Assembly: GCA_049643905.1 (NCBI GenBank)
Contig: JBARQW010000100.1
Location: forward strand, 7,115-71,114
Direction: 5' to 3'
Source of the DNA: Candidatus Bipolaricaulia bacterium
GTDB lineage: Bacteria; Bipolaricaulota; Bipolaricaulia; UBA7950; UBA9294
Length of the DNA stretch: 64,000 bases
The notes under the pieces are model-generated. The model was given only the letters and a program-made list of their open reading frames with translations. It had not been told where the DNA came from and made no database searches. A program made the translations under genes and the position numbers. Numbering within the stretch: position 1 is the stretch's first letter; each line of letters opens with the position of its first letter. Below, one piece after another: positions 37,769 through 48,266 of the stretch.

Positions 37769-38605
37769 ATGGCGCTGAAACGATTCAAGCCGACATCGCC
37801 GGGGCGACGTCATGCGGAACTCCCTGACTTCAGTGAGCTCTCGCAAGTGGCGCCGGAGAAGAGCCTCCTCCGGCCGCTCCCGAAGAAGGGCGGCCGGAAT
37901 AACCAAGGTCGCATCACGGTCCGATTCCGAGGTGGTGGCCACAAGCGTCGCTATCGTTTGATTGACTTCGCGCGTGACAAGGATGGAGTTCCAGCGCGCG
38001 TTGTGACGCGCGAGTATGACCCGAACAGGTCTTCATGGATCACGCTTCTCCATTACGTCGACGGCGAGAAGCGGTACATCCTCGCGCCGCTGGCCCTCGA
38101 TCTCGGATCGACAGTTGAGGCCGGCGAGAACGCAGAAGTCCGCGTTGGGAATGCGATGCCGCTTTCGCGGATCCCGCTCGGTTCCATCGTCCATAACCTC
38201 GAGTTCTCGCCGCGCAGCGGCGGGAAGATCGCTCGATCTGCCGGAACGTCAGCGAAGCTGATCGGCAAAGAGGGCAAGCGTGCGCACGTTCGCCTCCCTT
38301 CGGGGGAGGTTCGAATCTTCTCGACGGAGTGTCGCGCGACGATGGGCGAGGTCTCCAATCCGGATCACAAGAATGTGAAGCACGGGAAGGCTGGGCGAAT
38401 CCGGCATCTCGGGCGCAAGCCGCACGTTCGCGGTGTGGCGATGAATCCCGTCGATCACCCACACGGAGGCGGAGAGGGACGTGCACGCGTTGGGCGTCCT
38501 CAGGTTTCGCCGACGGGGAAGCTGGCCAAGGGCGGTCGGACGCGGAAGAAGCGGAAGAAGTCGACGGCGCTCATCGTCCGCCGTGCCGGCAAAGGAAGGC
38601 GATAG
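37769..38605 (+). CDS. rplB: 50S ribosomal protein L2
   Basis: '[19 protein letters not shown]', '[12 protein letters not shown]'. Confidence 0.95.
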   Translation: MALKRFKPTSPGRRHAELPDFSELSQVAPEKSLLRPLPKKGGRNNQGRITVRFRGGGHKRRYRLIDFARDKDGVPARVVTREYDPNRSSWITLLHYVDGEKRYILAPLALDLGSTVEAGENAEVRVGNAMPLSRIPLGSIVHNLEFSPRSGGKIARSAGTSAKLIGKEGKRAHVRLPSGEVRIFSTECRATMGEVSNPDHKNVKHGKAGRIRHLGRKPHVRGVAMNPVDHPHGGGEGRARVGRPQVSPTGKLAKGGRTRKKRKKSTALIVRRAGKGRR

Positions 38606-38614
38606 GGAGCGACT

Positions 38615-38899
38615 ATGCCAAGGTCGACGAAGAAAGGCCCATTCGTTAAGGAGAGCCTTCTGGAGAAGATTCGGAAGGCCAAGCGGGGAGATCTCAACGA
38701 GATCGTGACTTGGTCGCGGGCTTCGATGATCACCCCGGAGATGGTCGGGCTGACGATTAAAGTACACAACGGGAAGGTCCACGTACCCGTGTACGTCGTC
38801 GAAAACATGGTTGGACACAAGCTCGGGGAATTCTCGCCGACGCGGACGTTCCGCGGCCACGGCGGGATGAAGAAGAAGAGAGCCGCGGGTCTGACGTAG
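38615..38899 (+). CDS. rpsS: 30S ribosomal protein S19
   Basis: '[11 protein letters not shown]...[24 protein letters not shown]'. Confidence 0.95.
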   Translation: MPRSTKKGPFVKESLLEKIRKAKRGDLNEIVTWSRASMITPEMVGLTIKVHNGKVHVPVYVVENMVGHKLGEFSPTRTFRGHGGMKKKRAAGLT

Positions 38900-38908
38900 G
38901 GAGTGAGA

Positions 38909-39250
38909 ATGGAAACTCGTGCTGTCGCCAAGTACGTCCGCATCTCGCCTCGTAAGGCGCGATTGGTCGTCGACGCGATTCGCGGCAAGAACGTCAACGA
39001 AGCGCTTCAGATCGTCCGTCTGTCGAGCAAGAAGGCGGCGAGGACGATACGAAAGACGCTGGAGTCGGCGATTGCCAACGCGGAGAACAACTACGATGTC
39101 GACGTCGACACCCTATTGGTGGTGCGGGCGACGGTCGACATGGGCCGGGCGCTTCGGCGATTGCGTCCTCGCGCGTACGGTCGCGCGGACATTATCAGGC
39201 GTCCGACGAGCCACGTGACGATCGTCGTTGGCGATGGGGAGAGTGCGTAA
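38909..39250 (+). CDS. rplV: 50S ribosomal protein L22
   Basis: 'METRAVAKYVRISPRKARLV'; AGGGAG SD; alternative GTG 38903. Confidence 0.9.
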   Translation: METRAVAKYVRISPRKARLVVDAIRGKNVNEALQIVRLSSKKAARTIRKTLESAIANAENNYDVDVDTLLVVRATVDMGRALRRLRPRAYGRADIIRRPTSHVTIVVGDGESA

Positions 39251-39903
39251 TGGGGCAGAAGATACATCCGGTCGGCTTCCGGATCGGCGTGAACCGCAAG
39301 TGGGTTTCAAACTGGTTCAACCCGAAACTCGCACCCGAATACATCGCTGAGGATCGACGAATCCGGGTACTGATCGCGGAGCGCTATCGCCGAGCCGCGG
39401 TCGCCGAGGTGAACATCGAGCGGTCGAAAGAGGACCGCGTGTCGATCATCATTCGGTCGGCAAGGCCGGGGATCGTCATCGGTCGCGGAGGAAGTGAGAT
39501 CGAAAAGCTCCAGCGGAAGCTCGAGGAGCTGACGGGGCGATTGGTGAAGGTATCGATCCAAGAGATCGAACGGCCCGACCTGGAAGCCCGGCTCGTCGCG
39601 CAAGATGTGGCGCTCCAGATCGAGAATCGAACCGCCCCCGCGCGAGCGATGAAAGAGGCGATGCGGAGAGTGATGGGGGCAGGGGCCGGCGGTGTGAAGC
39701 TCAAGGTGAGCGGCCGCCTCGGGGGAGGCGACATCGCGCGATCGATCACGATGAAGGAAGGACGCATCCCGCTGCAGACGATACGTGCTGACATCGACTA
39801 CGGATTGGTCGAGGCGATGACGAAGTATGGCAACATCGGCGTCAAAGCTTGGGTCTTTCGTGGGGAGTTCCCGCATCGAAGCCGTGGAGACGAGGTGAGC
39901 TAG
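39250..39903 (+). CDS. rpsC: 30S ribosomal protein S3
   Basis: 'MGQKIHPVGFRIG', KH domain; TAATG overlap. Confidence 0.95.
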   Translation: MGQKIHPVGFRIGVNRKWVSNWFNPKLAPEYIAEDRRIRVLIAERYRRAAVAEVNIERSKEDRVSIIIRSARPGIVIGRGGSEIEKLQRKLEELTGRLVKVSIQEIERPDLEARLVAQDVALQIENRTAPARAMKEAMRRVMGAGAGGVKLKVSGRLGGGDIARSITMKEGRIPLQTIRADIDYGLVEAMTKYGNIGVKAWVFRGEFPHRSRGDEVS

Positions 39904-39904
39904 C

Positions 39905-40336
39905 GTGGCCCTTCTGTTTCCGAAGCGGACGAAACACAGGAAGACGCATCGCGGCCGGCGAAGAGGGAAGGCGACGCGCGGGAACCAGATTGCCTTCGGG
40001 GAGTACGGCATCCAGACGCTGGACGCCGCGTGGATCACGGGCGCACAGATTGAGGCCTGTCGAACGACGATTGCACGAACGACGCAGCGTGGCGCTCGGA
40101 TCTGGATCAGAATCTTTCCGGACAAGCCGATCACGAGGCATCCGGCGGAGGCCCGTATGGGAAAGGGAAAGGGCCCCGTCGATCATTGGGTGGCGGTCGT
40201 CCGGCCCGGACGCGTGCTGTTCGAGATCTCGGGAATCAAGGACGATCAGGCGAAGCACGTGCACAAATTGGTGAGCCACAAGCTGCCGGTCAGAACGCGG
40301 TTGAAGAGGAGAAACGTCCTCGGAGGAGAGGCATGA
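39905..40336 (+). CDS. rplP: 50S ribosomal protein L16
   Basis: 'FPKRTKHRKTHRGR'; GTG start. Confidence 0.9.
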   Translation: MALLFPKRTKHRKTHRGRRRGKATRGNQIAFGEYGIQTLDAAWITGAQIEACRTTIARTTQRGARIWIRIFPDKPITRHPAEARMGKGKGPVDHWVAVVRPGRVLFEISGIKDDQAKHVHKLVSHKLPVRTRLKRRNVLGGEA

Positions 40337-40536
40337 AGGCGCGGGAGCTTGTGGAGCTGTCCGTCGAGGAACTCGATCTCAAGGAGCGGGAGCTGAAGCG
40401 TAAGATGTTCAACCTTCGCTTCCAGCGAGCGACCAGTGAGCTCGACAACACGGCCGAGCTGGCGAAGACTCGTCGAGACATCGCTCGTGTGATGACGGTC
40501 GCGGCCCAGAGAAGGGCGCAGGAGGCGGGAAGATGA
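40333..40536 (+). CDS. rpmC: 50S ribosomal protein L29
   Basis: '[31 protein letters not shown]'; ATGA overlap. Confidence 0.9.
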   Translation: MKARELVELSVEELDLKERELKRKMFNLRFQRATSELDNTAELAKTRRDIARVMTVAAQRRAQEAGR

Positions 40537-40784
40537 AGAAGGTCAAGGTCGGGCGCGTCGTGAGCGACCGCATGGCTCGGACGATCGTGGTTCGAGTCGA
40601 AGAGCGCCGCCTTCATATGCAGTACAGGAAGCACATCAGGCAACACGCGAAGTTCCATGCGCACGATCCTCGGGACGAAGCGGGAGTCGGGGATCTCGTG
40701 CGGATCGAGGAGTGTCGTCCGTTGAGTCGGATGAAACGGTGGCGGCTGACGGAAATCCTCGAGCGGGCGGAGGGTCAGTCATGA
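40533..40784 (+). CDS. rpsQ: 30S ribosomal protein S17
   Basis: '[17 protein letters not shown]'. Confidence 0.9.
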   Translation: MKKVKVGRVVSDRMARTIVVRVEERRLHMQYRKHIRQHAKFHAHDPRDEAGVGDLVRIEECRPLSRMKRWRLTEILERAEGQS

Positions 40785-41149
40785 TTCAGATGCAGACGAT
40801 GCTGAAGGTGGCCGACAATTCCGGCGCCAAGATCGTGCGCTGCATCAACGTGCTCGGCCCTTCGAATCGCCGGGAAGGAAAGATCGGCGACATCATCGTA
40901 GGGTCGGTTCGGAAGCGGCTGCCGACGAGTGACATTGAGAAGGGTCAGATTGTGCGAGGCGTGATTGTACGTACGCGCAGATCCCACCAGCGCAAGGACG
41001 GAACGCACATCCGTTTTGATGACAACGCGATCGTCCTCGTGACCCCTCAAGGAGAGCCGATTGGCACGCGTGTCTTCGGACCGGTCGCAAGAGAGCTGCG
41101 CGACAAGAAGATGATGAGAATCATCTCGCTGGCGCCCGAGGTCCTCTAG
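40781..41149 (+). CDS. rplN: 50S ribosomal protein L14
   Basis: '[17 protein letters not shown]'. Confidence 0.95.
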   Translation: MIQMQTMLKVADNSGAKIVRCINVLGPSNRREGKIGDIIVGSVRKRLPTSDIEKGQIVRGVIVRTRRSHQRKDGTHIRFDDNAIVLVTPQGEPIGTRVFGPVARELRDKKMMRIISLAPEVL

Positions 41150-41157
41150 GGGGCGAG

Positions 41158-41469
41158 ATGAAGAGAATACGAAAGGGAGATCGAGTTCAGGTGATCGCGG
41201 GGAACGACCGCGGCAAGATCGGCAGGGTCCTGATGGTCTATCCGGAAAAAGACCGGCTCATCGTCGAGAACGTCCACATGATCACCAAACACCAGCGAGC
41301 GACGCAATCGATGCGGGAGCCGGGGATCGTGAAGCGAGAAGGAACGATCCACATATCCGACGTGATGCCGATCTGCCCCGAGTGCGACGTTGCGACTCGG
41401 ATCGGGGTCGGCGAAGCGGATGGCAAGAAGATGCGCCGCTGCAAGCGGTGCGGGGAGATCTTCGAGTGA
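41158..41469 (+). CDS. rplX: 50S ribosomal protein L24 with C-terminal Cys4 (CPEC...CKRC) zinc-ribbon-like motif
   Basis: KOW 'KGDRVQVIAGNDRGKIGRV'; C-terminus 'PICPECDVATRIGVGEADGKKMRRCKRCGEIFE'. Confidence 0.9.
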   Translation: MKRIRKGDRVQVIAGNDRGKIGRVLMVYPEKDRLIVENVHMITKHQRATQSMREPGIVKREGTIHISDVMPICPECDVATRIGVGEADGKKMRRCKRCGEIFE

Positions 41470-42005
41470 TGCTGCTCAGGGAGAGGTACGAACAGGAGAT
41501 TGCCCCGAGCATCCAGAAGGAGCTCGGGTTGTCGAACGTGATGGAAGTCCCGCACGTCGCGAAGGTCGTCGTCAACATGGGCGTCGGCGACAAGGACAAC
41601 CCGCGAGTGCTGGAAGGCGCGGTGAACAACCTGGCGAGAATCACGGGTCAGAAGCCCATCGTGACCAAGGCGAAGAAGTCGATCTCCGATTTCAAGCTCG
41701 TGGCCGGTGATCCGATCGGATGCAAGGTGACACTGCGAAGGGATCGGGCATACGAGTTCCTCAATCGCCTGTTCAACGCGGTCCTGCCGGGGATTCGCGA
41801 CTTCCGAGGACTCTCCGCGTCCGCGTTCGACGGGCGAGGAAACTACACCCTGGGGCTGAGCGAGCAGTCGGCGTTTCCCGAGGTCAGCTACAACGAGATC
41901 GTGAAGACACAGGGGATGGACATCACCATCGTGACGACGGCGAGAACCGATCGAGAGGGCTTCGTGTTGCTCAAGGGCCTGGGCCTTCCATTCCACGACG
42001 AGTAG
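41469..42005 (+). CDS. rplE: 50S ribosomal protein L5
   Basis: 'MLLRERYEQEIAPSIQKELG'; TGATG overlap. Confidence 0.9.
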   Translation: MLLRERYEQEIAPSIQKELGLSNVMEVPHVAKVVVNMGVGDKDNPRVLEGAVNNLARITGQKPIVTKAKKSISDFKLVAGDPIGCKVTLRRDRAYEFLNRLFNAVLPGIRDFRGLSASAFDGRGNYTLGLSEQSAFPEVSYNEIVKTQGMDITIVTTARTDREGFVLLKGLGLPFHDE

Positions 42006-42014
42006 GGAGCGACG

Positions 42015-42200
42015 ATGGCGAGAAAAGCGCTGATCAATAAGAGCAAGCGGGAGCCGAAGTTCTCTTCGCGCGCCTACAACCGATGCAACTTGTGCGGACG
42101 CAGGCACGCATACATCCGGGATTTCGGCATCTGCCGGTTGTGCTTCCGAAGCATGGCGCACCGCGGAGAGATCCCGGGCGTTAAGAAAGCGAGCTGGTGA
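42015..42200 (+). CDS. rpsN: 30S ribosomal protein S14 type Z (zinc-binding)
   Basis: 61 aa with '[20 protein letters not shown]'. Confidence 0.95.
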   Translation: MARKALINKSKREPKFSSRAYNRCNLCGRRHAYIRDFGICRLCFRSMAHRGEIPGVKKASW

Positions 42201-42205
42201 GAGAG

Positions 42206-42610
42206 ATGATTCCGTATCCGATAGGCGATATGTTGACGCGGATTCGCAATGCGAGCAGTCGGTTTCACGCGACGGTGACGATGCCGCACTCCAAGCTGAA
42301 GGAAGCGGTCGCGCGCATCCTCCAGGACGAGGGCTACATCAACGGCTATGAGACGATCGAGCAGAGCCCTCAATCCGAGTTGCGGATCGAGCTGAAGTAC
42401 AAGGGCGAGCGTACGAAAGCGCAACAAGCGATCAGTGCCCTGCAATTGGTGAGCAAGCCGAGTCGCCGCGTCTACGTTGGAAGAGGAGAGATCCCGAAGC
42501 CGTTGGGTGGCATGGGGATCAGTATCCTTTCGACGTCTCATGGTGTCCTGTCGGACAGAGAGGCGGAGGCGCGTGGCGTCGGCGGAGAAGTCCTTTGTGA
42601 GGTCTGGTAG
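42206..42610 (+). CDS. rpsH: 30S ribosomal protein S8
   Basis: 'MIPYPIGDMLTRIRNA'; GGTGAGAGAG SD; alternative GTG 42197. Confidence 0.9.
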   Translation: MIPYPIGDMLTRIRNASSRFHATVTMPHSKLKEAVARILQDEGYINGYETIEQSPQSELRIELKYKGERTKAQQAISALQLVSKPSRRVYVGRGEIPKPLGGMGISILSTSHGVLSDREAEARGVGGEVLCEVW

Positions 42611-42623
42611 GGGGGCTTGAGCG

Positions 42624-43175
42624 ATGTCGAAGGTTGGTAAGGTCCCAGTGGCGATTCCCGACGGCGTCAAGGTGACGCTCGGGCCGTCGTTGATCGCCGT
42701 TGAGGGGAAGCACGGCCGCCTCGAACAAGCGTATCGACCTGACATGGTTGAGATCGTGATCGAGGATGGTACGGCGACTGTCTCCAGGAGGCGCGAGGGC
42801 AAGGCGTACAGGGCCTACCATGGGCTCTATCGGAGTTTGTTGGCGAACATGGTCCAGGGGGTTTCCGAGTTGTGGCAGAAGACCCTGCTTATCCGCGGGC
42901 TGGGATACAGGGCGCGTCTTCAGGGCGAGACGATCGTTCTCGATCTCGGATACTCGGATCCGAAGGAATACGCATTGCCGGACGGCGTTGAGGCGGAGAT
43001 ACCGAACCCGAATCAGATCATTCTGCGTGGCGCCAACAAGCAGCAGGTCGGTCACGTGGCGGCGAAGATTCGCGCCCTGCGCAAACCGAACGTCTACGAC
43101 GGAAAAGGGATTCGGTACCAGGACGAGCAGGTTGTGCTGAAGGCCGGCAAGCTTGGCGGACAGACCGCCGCGTAG
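42624..43175 (+). CDS. rplF: 50S ribosomal protein L6
   Basis: two L6 repeats '[16 protein letters not shown]' ... '[17 protein letters not shown]'. Confidence 0.95.
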   Translation: MSKVGKVPVAIPDGVKVTLGPSLIAVEGKHGRLEQAYRPDMVEIVIEDGTATVSRRREGKAYRAYHGLYRSLLANMVQGVSELWQKTLLIRGLGYRARLQGETIVLDLGYSDPKEYALPDGVEAEIPNPNQIILRGANKQQVGHVAAKIRALRKPNVYDGKGIRYQDEQVVLKAGKLGGQTAA

Positions 43176-43191
43176 AGGAATCGGAGAGAAG

Positions 43192-43554
43192 ATGGCACGG
43201 ACGAATCGCAAGCAGGAACGAATCAAGCGACACCGGAGGATCAGGAAGCGCGTTCGAGGGACCGAAGAGCGGCCGCGACTGTGCGTCACCAGGTCGTTGC
43301 GGCACCTCTACGCGCAGATCATCGACGACGACACCGGGCGAACGCTCGTACACGTATCGACGCTCGACCGCGAGGCCCAAGATGCGTCCTCCAGCCCGAA
43401 CATCGAGGGAGCGAAGTCTCTCGGTGCGCGGCTCGCTGAGAAGGCGTTGGAGAAGGGGATTGGCGCCGTCGTTTTCGACCGAAGCGGATACCTGTATCAC
43501 GGTGTGGTCTCTGCGTTCGCCCAAGCATGTCGCGAAGGAGGATTGAGGTTTTGA
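43192..43554 (+). CDS. rplR: 50S ribosomal protein L18
   Basis: '[38 protein letters not shown]'. Confidence 0.9.
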   Translation: MARTNRKQERIKRHRRIRKRVRGTEERPRLCVTRSLRHLYAQIIDDDTGRTLVHVSTLDREAQDASSSPNIEGAKSLGARLAEKALEKGIGAVVFDRSGYLYHGVVSAFAQACREGGLRF

Positions 43555-44048
43555 TTAGCCACGACGAATTCGAAAACGAGATCATCGATATTCGGAGGGT
43601 CAGCAAGGTCACCAAGGGTGGCCGCAACCTCCGGTTCCGCGTGACGATCGTCGTCGGCGACAGGAAGGGTCGAGTCGGGGTCGGCGTGGGGAGTACGAGG
43701 GAGATCCCGAGGGCAATCCATCAGGCGATTCGTGACGCGAAGAAGAATCTGGTCCAAGTGAACATGGACGGCGAGACGATCCCCCACGAGATCATTGGGA
43801 AGTTCAAGGCCGGCGAGATCCTTCTGAAGCCTGCCTATCGGGGGACCGGAGTGATCGCCGGTGTCACCGTCGGGGCGATCTGTCGGCTCGCGGGAATACA
43901 GGATGTGTTGACGAAGGCGATTCGAACGACGAATCCGCTGACGCTGTCACGGGCGACGTTGAACGGGCTTTCGCGGCTGCGGAGTCGGCAACAGGTTGAA
44001 GAACTCCGTGGGGTAGAACGAGCCGAGGAGGCAGCCGATGAGGCTTGA
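43551..44048 (+). CDS. rpsE: 30S ribosomal protein S5
   Basis: TTG start in a TTGA overlap, preceded by AAGGAGGA. N-terminus '[24 protein letters not shown]'. Confidence 0.85.
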   Translation: MISHDEFENEIIDIRRVSKVTKGGRNLRFRVTIVVGDRKGRVGVGVGSTREIPRAIHQAIRDAKKNLVQVNMDGETIPHEIIGKFKAGEILLKPAYRGTGVIAGVTVGAICRLAGIQDVLTKAIRTTNPLTLSRATLNGLSRLRSRQQVEELRGVERAEEAADEA

Positions 44049-44484
44049 GGATCTTCGTCCGACCAAGGGGAGCACGCATCGCCGGAAGCGCGTCGGCCGC
44101 GGCTACGGTTCCGGACGAGGTGGACACGAGAGCGGGCGCGGGACCAAGGGGCAAAACTCGCGAAGCGGCGGCGGCGTTCGCCTTGGATTCGAGGGCGGAC
44201 AGACTCCGATCTGGATGCGGTTTCCCAAGAGAGGATTCACGAACTTCACCCGAGTCGCGTATGCGTGCGTTAACGTTGACACGCTCGACGCTCGATTCGG
44301 TGAAAGAGACGAAGTGACCCCTGAGAGCTTGCGTCAGATGAAGCTCGTCAAGGGCCGGAAGGCTCGGGTCAAGATTCTCGGTCGTGGCGAGCTGACCAAA
44401 CCGTTGATCGTTCGGGCGCACCGATTCGCGGATAGCGCGAAGCGGAAGATCGAGGCGGCCGGCGGCAGCGCTGAGGTGATCTAG
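44038..44484 (+). CDS. rplO: 50S ribosomal protein L15 (no L30 gene between S5 and L15)
   Basis: '[29 protein letters not shown]'. Confidence 0.95.
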   Translation: MRLEDLRPTKGSTHRRKRVGRGYGSGRGGHESGRGTKGQNSRSGGGVRLGFEGGQTPIWMRFPKRGFTNFTRVAYACVNVDTLDARFGERDEVTPESLRQMKLVKGRKARVKILGRGELTKPLIVRAHRFADSAKRKIEAAGGSAEVI

Positions 44485-44489
44485 CCCTC

Positions 44490-45779
44490 ATGTGGGAGAA
44501 GTTTGCCAGCCTGTTCAAGGTTCCTGAGCTCCGCAAGAGGATTCTGTTCACGCTCGGTGCAATCATCGTCTTTCGGCTGGGCACGCACATCACCGTCCCC
44601 GGAATCGACGTCGACGCACTTCGCACGTTCTTCGCTGAGCAGGGCGGGGGGATCTTCGATTTCCTCAACATGTTCACCGGCGGTGCCCTGCAGCGGTTCT
44701 CGCTGTTTGCCCTTGGTGTGACCCCGTACATCAATGCGTCGATCATCTTCAGTCTTCTGACATCGGTCATCCCGAAACTGAAGGAGCTTCAGCAGCAGGG
44801 GCGAGAAGGTCGGCGGAAGATCACGTCCTACACGCGATACGCGACGGTCGGCTTGGCCGTTGTCCAGGGTGCGGCGATGACGTCGCTCATTCAAAGTGCC
44901 GTACCTGGCGGTGCTACGATCTGGTTCTACTTGACCTCGATTGTGTCGATTACGACCGGGACGATCTTCCTGATGTGGCTCGGCGAACGAATCACCGAGA
45001 ACGGAATCGGGAACGGGATCAGTATGATCATCATGGTCAGCGTTCTCTCCCGCTTCCCGGTGAGCCTTCGCGACATGTGGGTTGCGATCAGCACAGGTTC
45101 TGCGCATCCGTTCTGGGGACTGGCGTTCATCGCCCTCTTGATCATTGTCATCGCCGGGATGACGATGGTGCAGCAGGGTCAGCGAAAGATTCAGATCCAG
45201 TACGCCAAGCGGACGATGGGGCGGCGAATCTACGGGGGACACTCGTCGCATCTTCCCCTGCGGGTGAACCAGGGCGGGGTCATCCCCGTCATCTTTGCGT
45301 CGGCGCTTCTCAGTCTGCCGGTGACGATCTTCAACGCCATTCCCGCGCTGAAGCGATATGTCTACCTGATCGCGACCGGAAGCCCGCTCTACATCACGAT
45401 TTACGTGCTGCTGATCTTCTTCTTCACGTTCTTCTACAGTTCGATCGTCTTCGACCCGAACGACATTGCCAAGAACGTCCGTGAATCGGGTGGGTTCATC
45501 CCTGGCGTGCGTCCGGGACGGCCGACGGCCGACTACATCACCAACATTCTCAACAGGCTCCTGTTGATCGGTGCGCTCTTCCTGTCCGCGGTCGCCGTTC
45601 TGCCATTCATTCTCTCGTCGATCAGTAACCTGCAGAGCATGTTCCTCGTTGGAGGAACGTCTCTGTTGATTGTCGTCGGCGTGGGTATCGACACGTTGAT
45701 GCAGATCGAGGCGCATCTGGTCATGCGGCACTACGAGAGCCTCACCAAGTCCGGTCGCCTCCTCGGCAGGAGAGGGTAA
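44490..45779 (+). CDS. secY: preprotein translocase subunit SecY
   Basis: 10-TM protein, 'LRKRILFTLGAIIVFRLGTHITVPGID'. Confidence 0.95.
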   Translation: MWEKFASLFKVPELRKRILFTLGAIIVFRLGTHITVPGIDVDALRTFFAEQGGGIFDFLNMFTGGALQRFSLFALGVTPYINASIIFSLLTSVIPKLKELQQQGREGRRKITSYTRYATVGLAVVQGAAMTSLIQSAVPGGATIWFYLTSIVSITTGTIFLMWLGERITENGIGNGISMIIMVSVLSRFPVSLRDMWVAISTGSAHPFWGLAFIALLIIVIAGMTMVQQGQRKIQIQYAKRTMGRRIYGGHSSHLPLRVNQGGVIPVIFASALLSLPVTIFNAIPALKRYVYLIATGSPLYITIYVLLIFFFTFFYSSIVFDPNDIAKNVRESGGFIPGVRPGRPTADYITNILNRLLLIGALFLSAVAVLPFILSSISNLQSMFLVGGTSLLIVVGVGIDTLMQIEAHLVMRHYESLTKSGRLLGRRG

Positions 45780-46411
45780 TGCTGTTCAGCCGAGTGGCGC
45801 TCCTCGGCCCCCCTGGGGCCGGGAAGGGGACTCAGGCGAAACGGATCGTCGAGAAGCTGAACGTCGTCCACTTGTCGACCGGCGATATCCTCCGAGATGA
45901 AGTCGCACGGCAGACCGATCTGGGAGAGACCGCCAAGGGGTTCATGGATCGCGGGGAATTGGTGCCGGATGCGGTGATCGTCGACATGATCCGTGGCCGG
46001 ATCGCCGAGGCGAGTTCAGGGTTCCTCTTGGACGGATTCCCCCGGACGATCGTTCAGGCAGAGGCGCTTGAGAAGATCAGTCCGCTCGATGTCGTCATTA
46101 ACATCGATCTACCTCGCGACGAGGTCGTCACGAGACTGACGGCGCGCCGAGTCTGCACTTCGTGTGGGCGGATCTACAACCTATCCTTCCGACCCCCCGC
46201 CGACCCTGCGACCTGCGAGGCGTGCGGCGGCGCTCTGATTCAGCGGGACGACGACACCGAAGACGTCATTCAGAACCGATACGACGTGTACCAGGCGTCC
46301 ACGGCCCCGCTGATCGCTTACTACCGGGAGCGCGGACTCCTCCGCGACATCGACGGCAGGGTGGGCAGCGACGAGGCCTTCGTGCAGATCTCGGGAATCC
46401 TCGAGGAATGA
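45779..46411 (+). CDS. adk: adenylate kinase with Cys4 zinc lid
   Basis: 'LLGPPGAGKGTQA'; lid 'CTSCGRIYN...CEACGG'; TAATG overlap. Confidence 0.95.
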   Translation: MLFSRVALLGPPGAGKGTQAKRIVEKLNVVHLSTGDILRDEVARQTDLGETAKGFMDRGELVPDAVIVDMIRGRIAEASSGFLLDGFPRTIVQAEALEKISPLDVVINIDLPRDEVVTRLTARRVCTSCGRIYNLSFRPPADPATCEACGGALIQRDDDTEDVIQNRYDVYQASTAPLIAYYRERGLLRDIDGRVGSDEAFVQISGILEE

Positions 46412-47181
46412 TCGCGTTGAAGACGGCCGCAGAGCTTGACGTGATGCGCGAGAACGGGGCCATTCTGGCGGGGATCCTCGGGGAACTCTGCGAGCAGGCG
46501 GTTCCCGGTCAGACTACCGCGTACCTCGATCGCCTCGCAGAGAGACGAATCCGCGAAAGCGGCGGAGAACCTGCATTTCCGAAGTTTGCAGGGTTTCCCG
46601 GGTCGATCAACGCATCGCTGAACGAAGAGGTGGTGCACGGGGTTCCGACGGAGGAACGGTGCCTCAAGGAAGGGGACGTTTTCTCGATCGACATCGGTCT
46701 TGTTCGGAATGGGTTCTGCGCCGACGTGGCGACGACCATCCCGATTGGCAAGGTGGGCCCTGAGGCCCAGAAGCTCCTGGCCGTGGGCGAGATGAGCTTG
46801 TGGAAGGGGATCGAGCAAGTTAGAATGGGAAATCGCTTGTCCGATGTCTCGCACGCCGTCGGGTCCTTCGTAGAAGAGGCGGGTTTTCACGTTGTGCGGG
46901 AGTATGTCGGACACGGAATCGGAAGAGCGTTGCACGAGGAACCTCAGATTCCGAACTACGGTCCTCCTGGCCGAGGCGTGCGTCTCAGCCGGGGTATGAC
47001 GCTTGCGATCGAGCCGATGGTGAAGACCGACGCTCTGCCGACGAGAGTCAAGGACGACCGCTGGACCGTTGTAACGGGCTCCGGCGGACTGAGTGTTCAT
47101 TTTGAGCATACGGTCGCATTGACCGAAGAAGGAGTAGAGGTCTTGACGAGTAAGGAGGTGAGTCCGGGCACGCGTGGCTGA
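46408..47181 (+). CDS. map: type I methionine aminopeptidase
   Basis: '[17 protein letters not shown]', 'FSIDIG', 'HGIGR..HEEP'; ATGA overlap with adk. Confidence 0.9.
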   Translation: MIALKTAAELDVMRENGAILAGILGELCEQAVPGQTTAYLDRLAERRIRESGGEPAFPKFAGFPGSINASLNEEVVHGVPTEERCLKEGDVFSIDIGLVRNGFCADVATTIPIGKVGPEAQKLLAVGEMSLWKGIEQVRMGNRLSDVSHAVGSFVEEAGFHVVREYVGHGIGRALHEEPQIPNYGPPGRGVRLSRGMTLAIEPMVKTDALPTRVKDDRWTVVTGSGGLSVHFEHTVALTEEGVEVLTSKEVSPGTRG

Positions 47182-47407
47182 CGAGAGAAGTGGGAAGAAA
47201 GACGTGATCCGCGTACGCGGTGACGTGATCGAGAGCCTGCCAGGTTCCACGTTTCGTGTGAAGTTGAGCAATGGGCACGTCATTCTCTGCCACATCTCCG
47301 GGCGGATTCGAAAGCACTACATCCGAATCCTCACCGGGGATCGAGTCATTGTCGAGCTCTCGCCGTACGACTTGACGAAGGGTCGAATCGTCTACAGAGA
47401 GAGCTGA
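47174..47407 (+). CDS. infA: translation initiation factor IF-1
   Basis: '[49 protein letters not shown]'; GTG start. Confidence 0.9.
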   Translation: MADERSGKKDVIRVRGDVIESLPGSTFRVKLSNGHVILCHISGRIRKHYIRILTGDRVIVELSPYDLTKGRIVYRES

Positions 47408-47424
47408 AGCAGCCCGGAGAGAAC

Positions 47425-47538
47425 ATGAAGGTACGAAGCTCCGTCAAGAAGATCTGCGCGCACTGCAAGGTGATCCGGCGCAGCGGCCGGCTGAGGGTCA
47501 TTTGCCGGAACCCGAAGCACAAGCAGCGCCAGGGCTAG
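47425..47538 (+). CDS. rpmJ: 50S ribosomal protein L36 (not in supplied ORF track; 37 aa)
   Basis: My translation: [38 protein letters not shown]-x2-C-x12-C-x4-H zinc ribbon. GGAGAG SD. Confidence 0.85.
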   Translation: MKVRSSVKKICAHCKVIRRSGRLRVICRNPKHKQRQG

Positions 47539-47553
47539 GGGGAGAATCAGCAT

Positions 47554-47919
47554 ATGGCAAGAATCGCTGGAGTGAATCTTCCGAACAACAAACGGATCGA
47601 GATCGCGCTGACGTACATCTTCGGAATCGGGCAGAAACGCGCAGCGGAGATCATCGAGAAGACCGGGATGTCCCCTGACGTCCGGGTCAAGGATCTCACG
47701 GAGAACGAGGTCGCCTCTCTACGACGAGAGGTGGAGCAGTACATGGTGGAGGGAGATCTCCGGCGGAGGATCCACTCGAGCATCCAGCGGTTGAAGGACA
47801 TTAACTCGCATCGCGGCAGTCGACACAGACGGAGGCTCCCGGTTCGTGGGCAGCGGACGCGAGCGAACGCTCGAACCTGGAAGGGTCCGCGGGCGGCGAA
47901 GGCCGGGAAGAAGAGGTAG
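47554..47919 (+). CDS. rpsM: 30S ribosomal protein S13
   Basis: '[26 protein letters not shown]'. Confidence 0.95.
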   Translation: MARIAGVNLPNNKRIEIALTYIFGIGQKRAAEIIEKTGMSPDVRVKDLTENEVASLRREVEQYMVEGDLRRRIHSSIQRLKDINSHRGSRHRRRLPVRGQRTRANARTWKGPRAAKAGKKR

Positions 47920-47921
47920 GG

Positions 47922-48266
47922 ATGGCGAAGAACATCAAACTCGAGCGTGCAGTGATTCACATTCACGCAACATTCAACAACACGATCATCACCGTGACAG
48001 ATCCGAGCGGGAACCCGATCGCTTGGAAGAGTCCGGGAGCCGTCGGGTACAAGGGTTCCAGAAAAGGAACGCCCTATGCCGCGCAGATTGCCGCAGACTC
48101 TCTCTCGCGCGAGATGAAGGAGTTCGGCATTCGATCGGTTGCCATTCGCGTTAAGGGAACAGGCTCGGGGCGGCAGTCTGTGGTCCAGACGATCAAGGCG
48201 TCCGGGATTCGTGTCGAAGAGGTCAAGAACGTAACGCCCGTTTCGCACAGCAGGGGGAGAAGATAA
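47922..48266 (+). CDS. rpsK: 30S ribosomal protein S11
   Basis: 'IHIHATFNNTIITVTDPSGN..AWKS.G..GYKGSRKGTPYAAQ'. Confidence 0.95.
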   Translation: MAKNIKLERAVIHIHATFNNTIITVTDPSGNPIAWKSPGAVGYKGSRKGTPYAAQIAADSLSREMKEFGIRSVAIRVKGTGSGRQSVVQTIKASGIRVEEVKNVTPVSHSRGRR

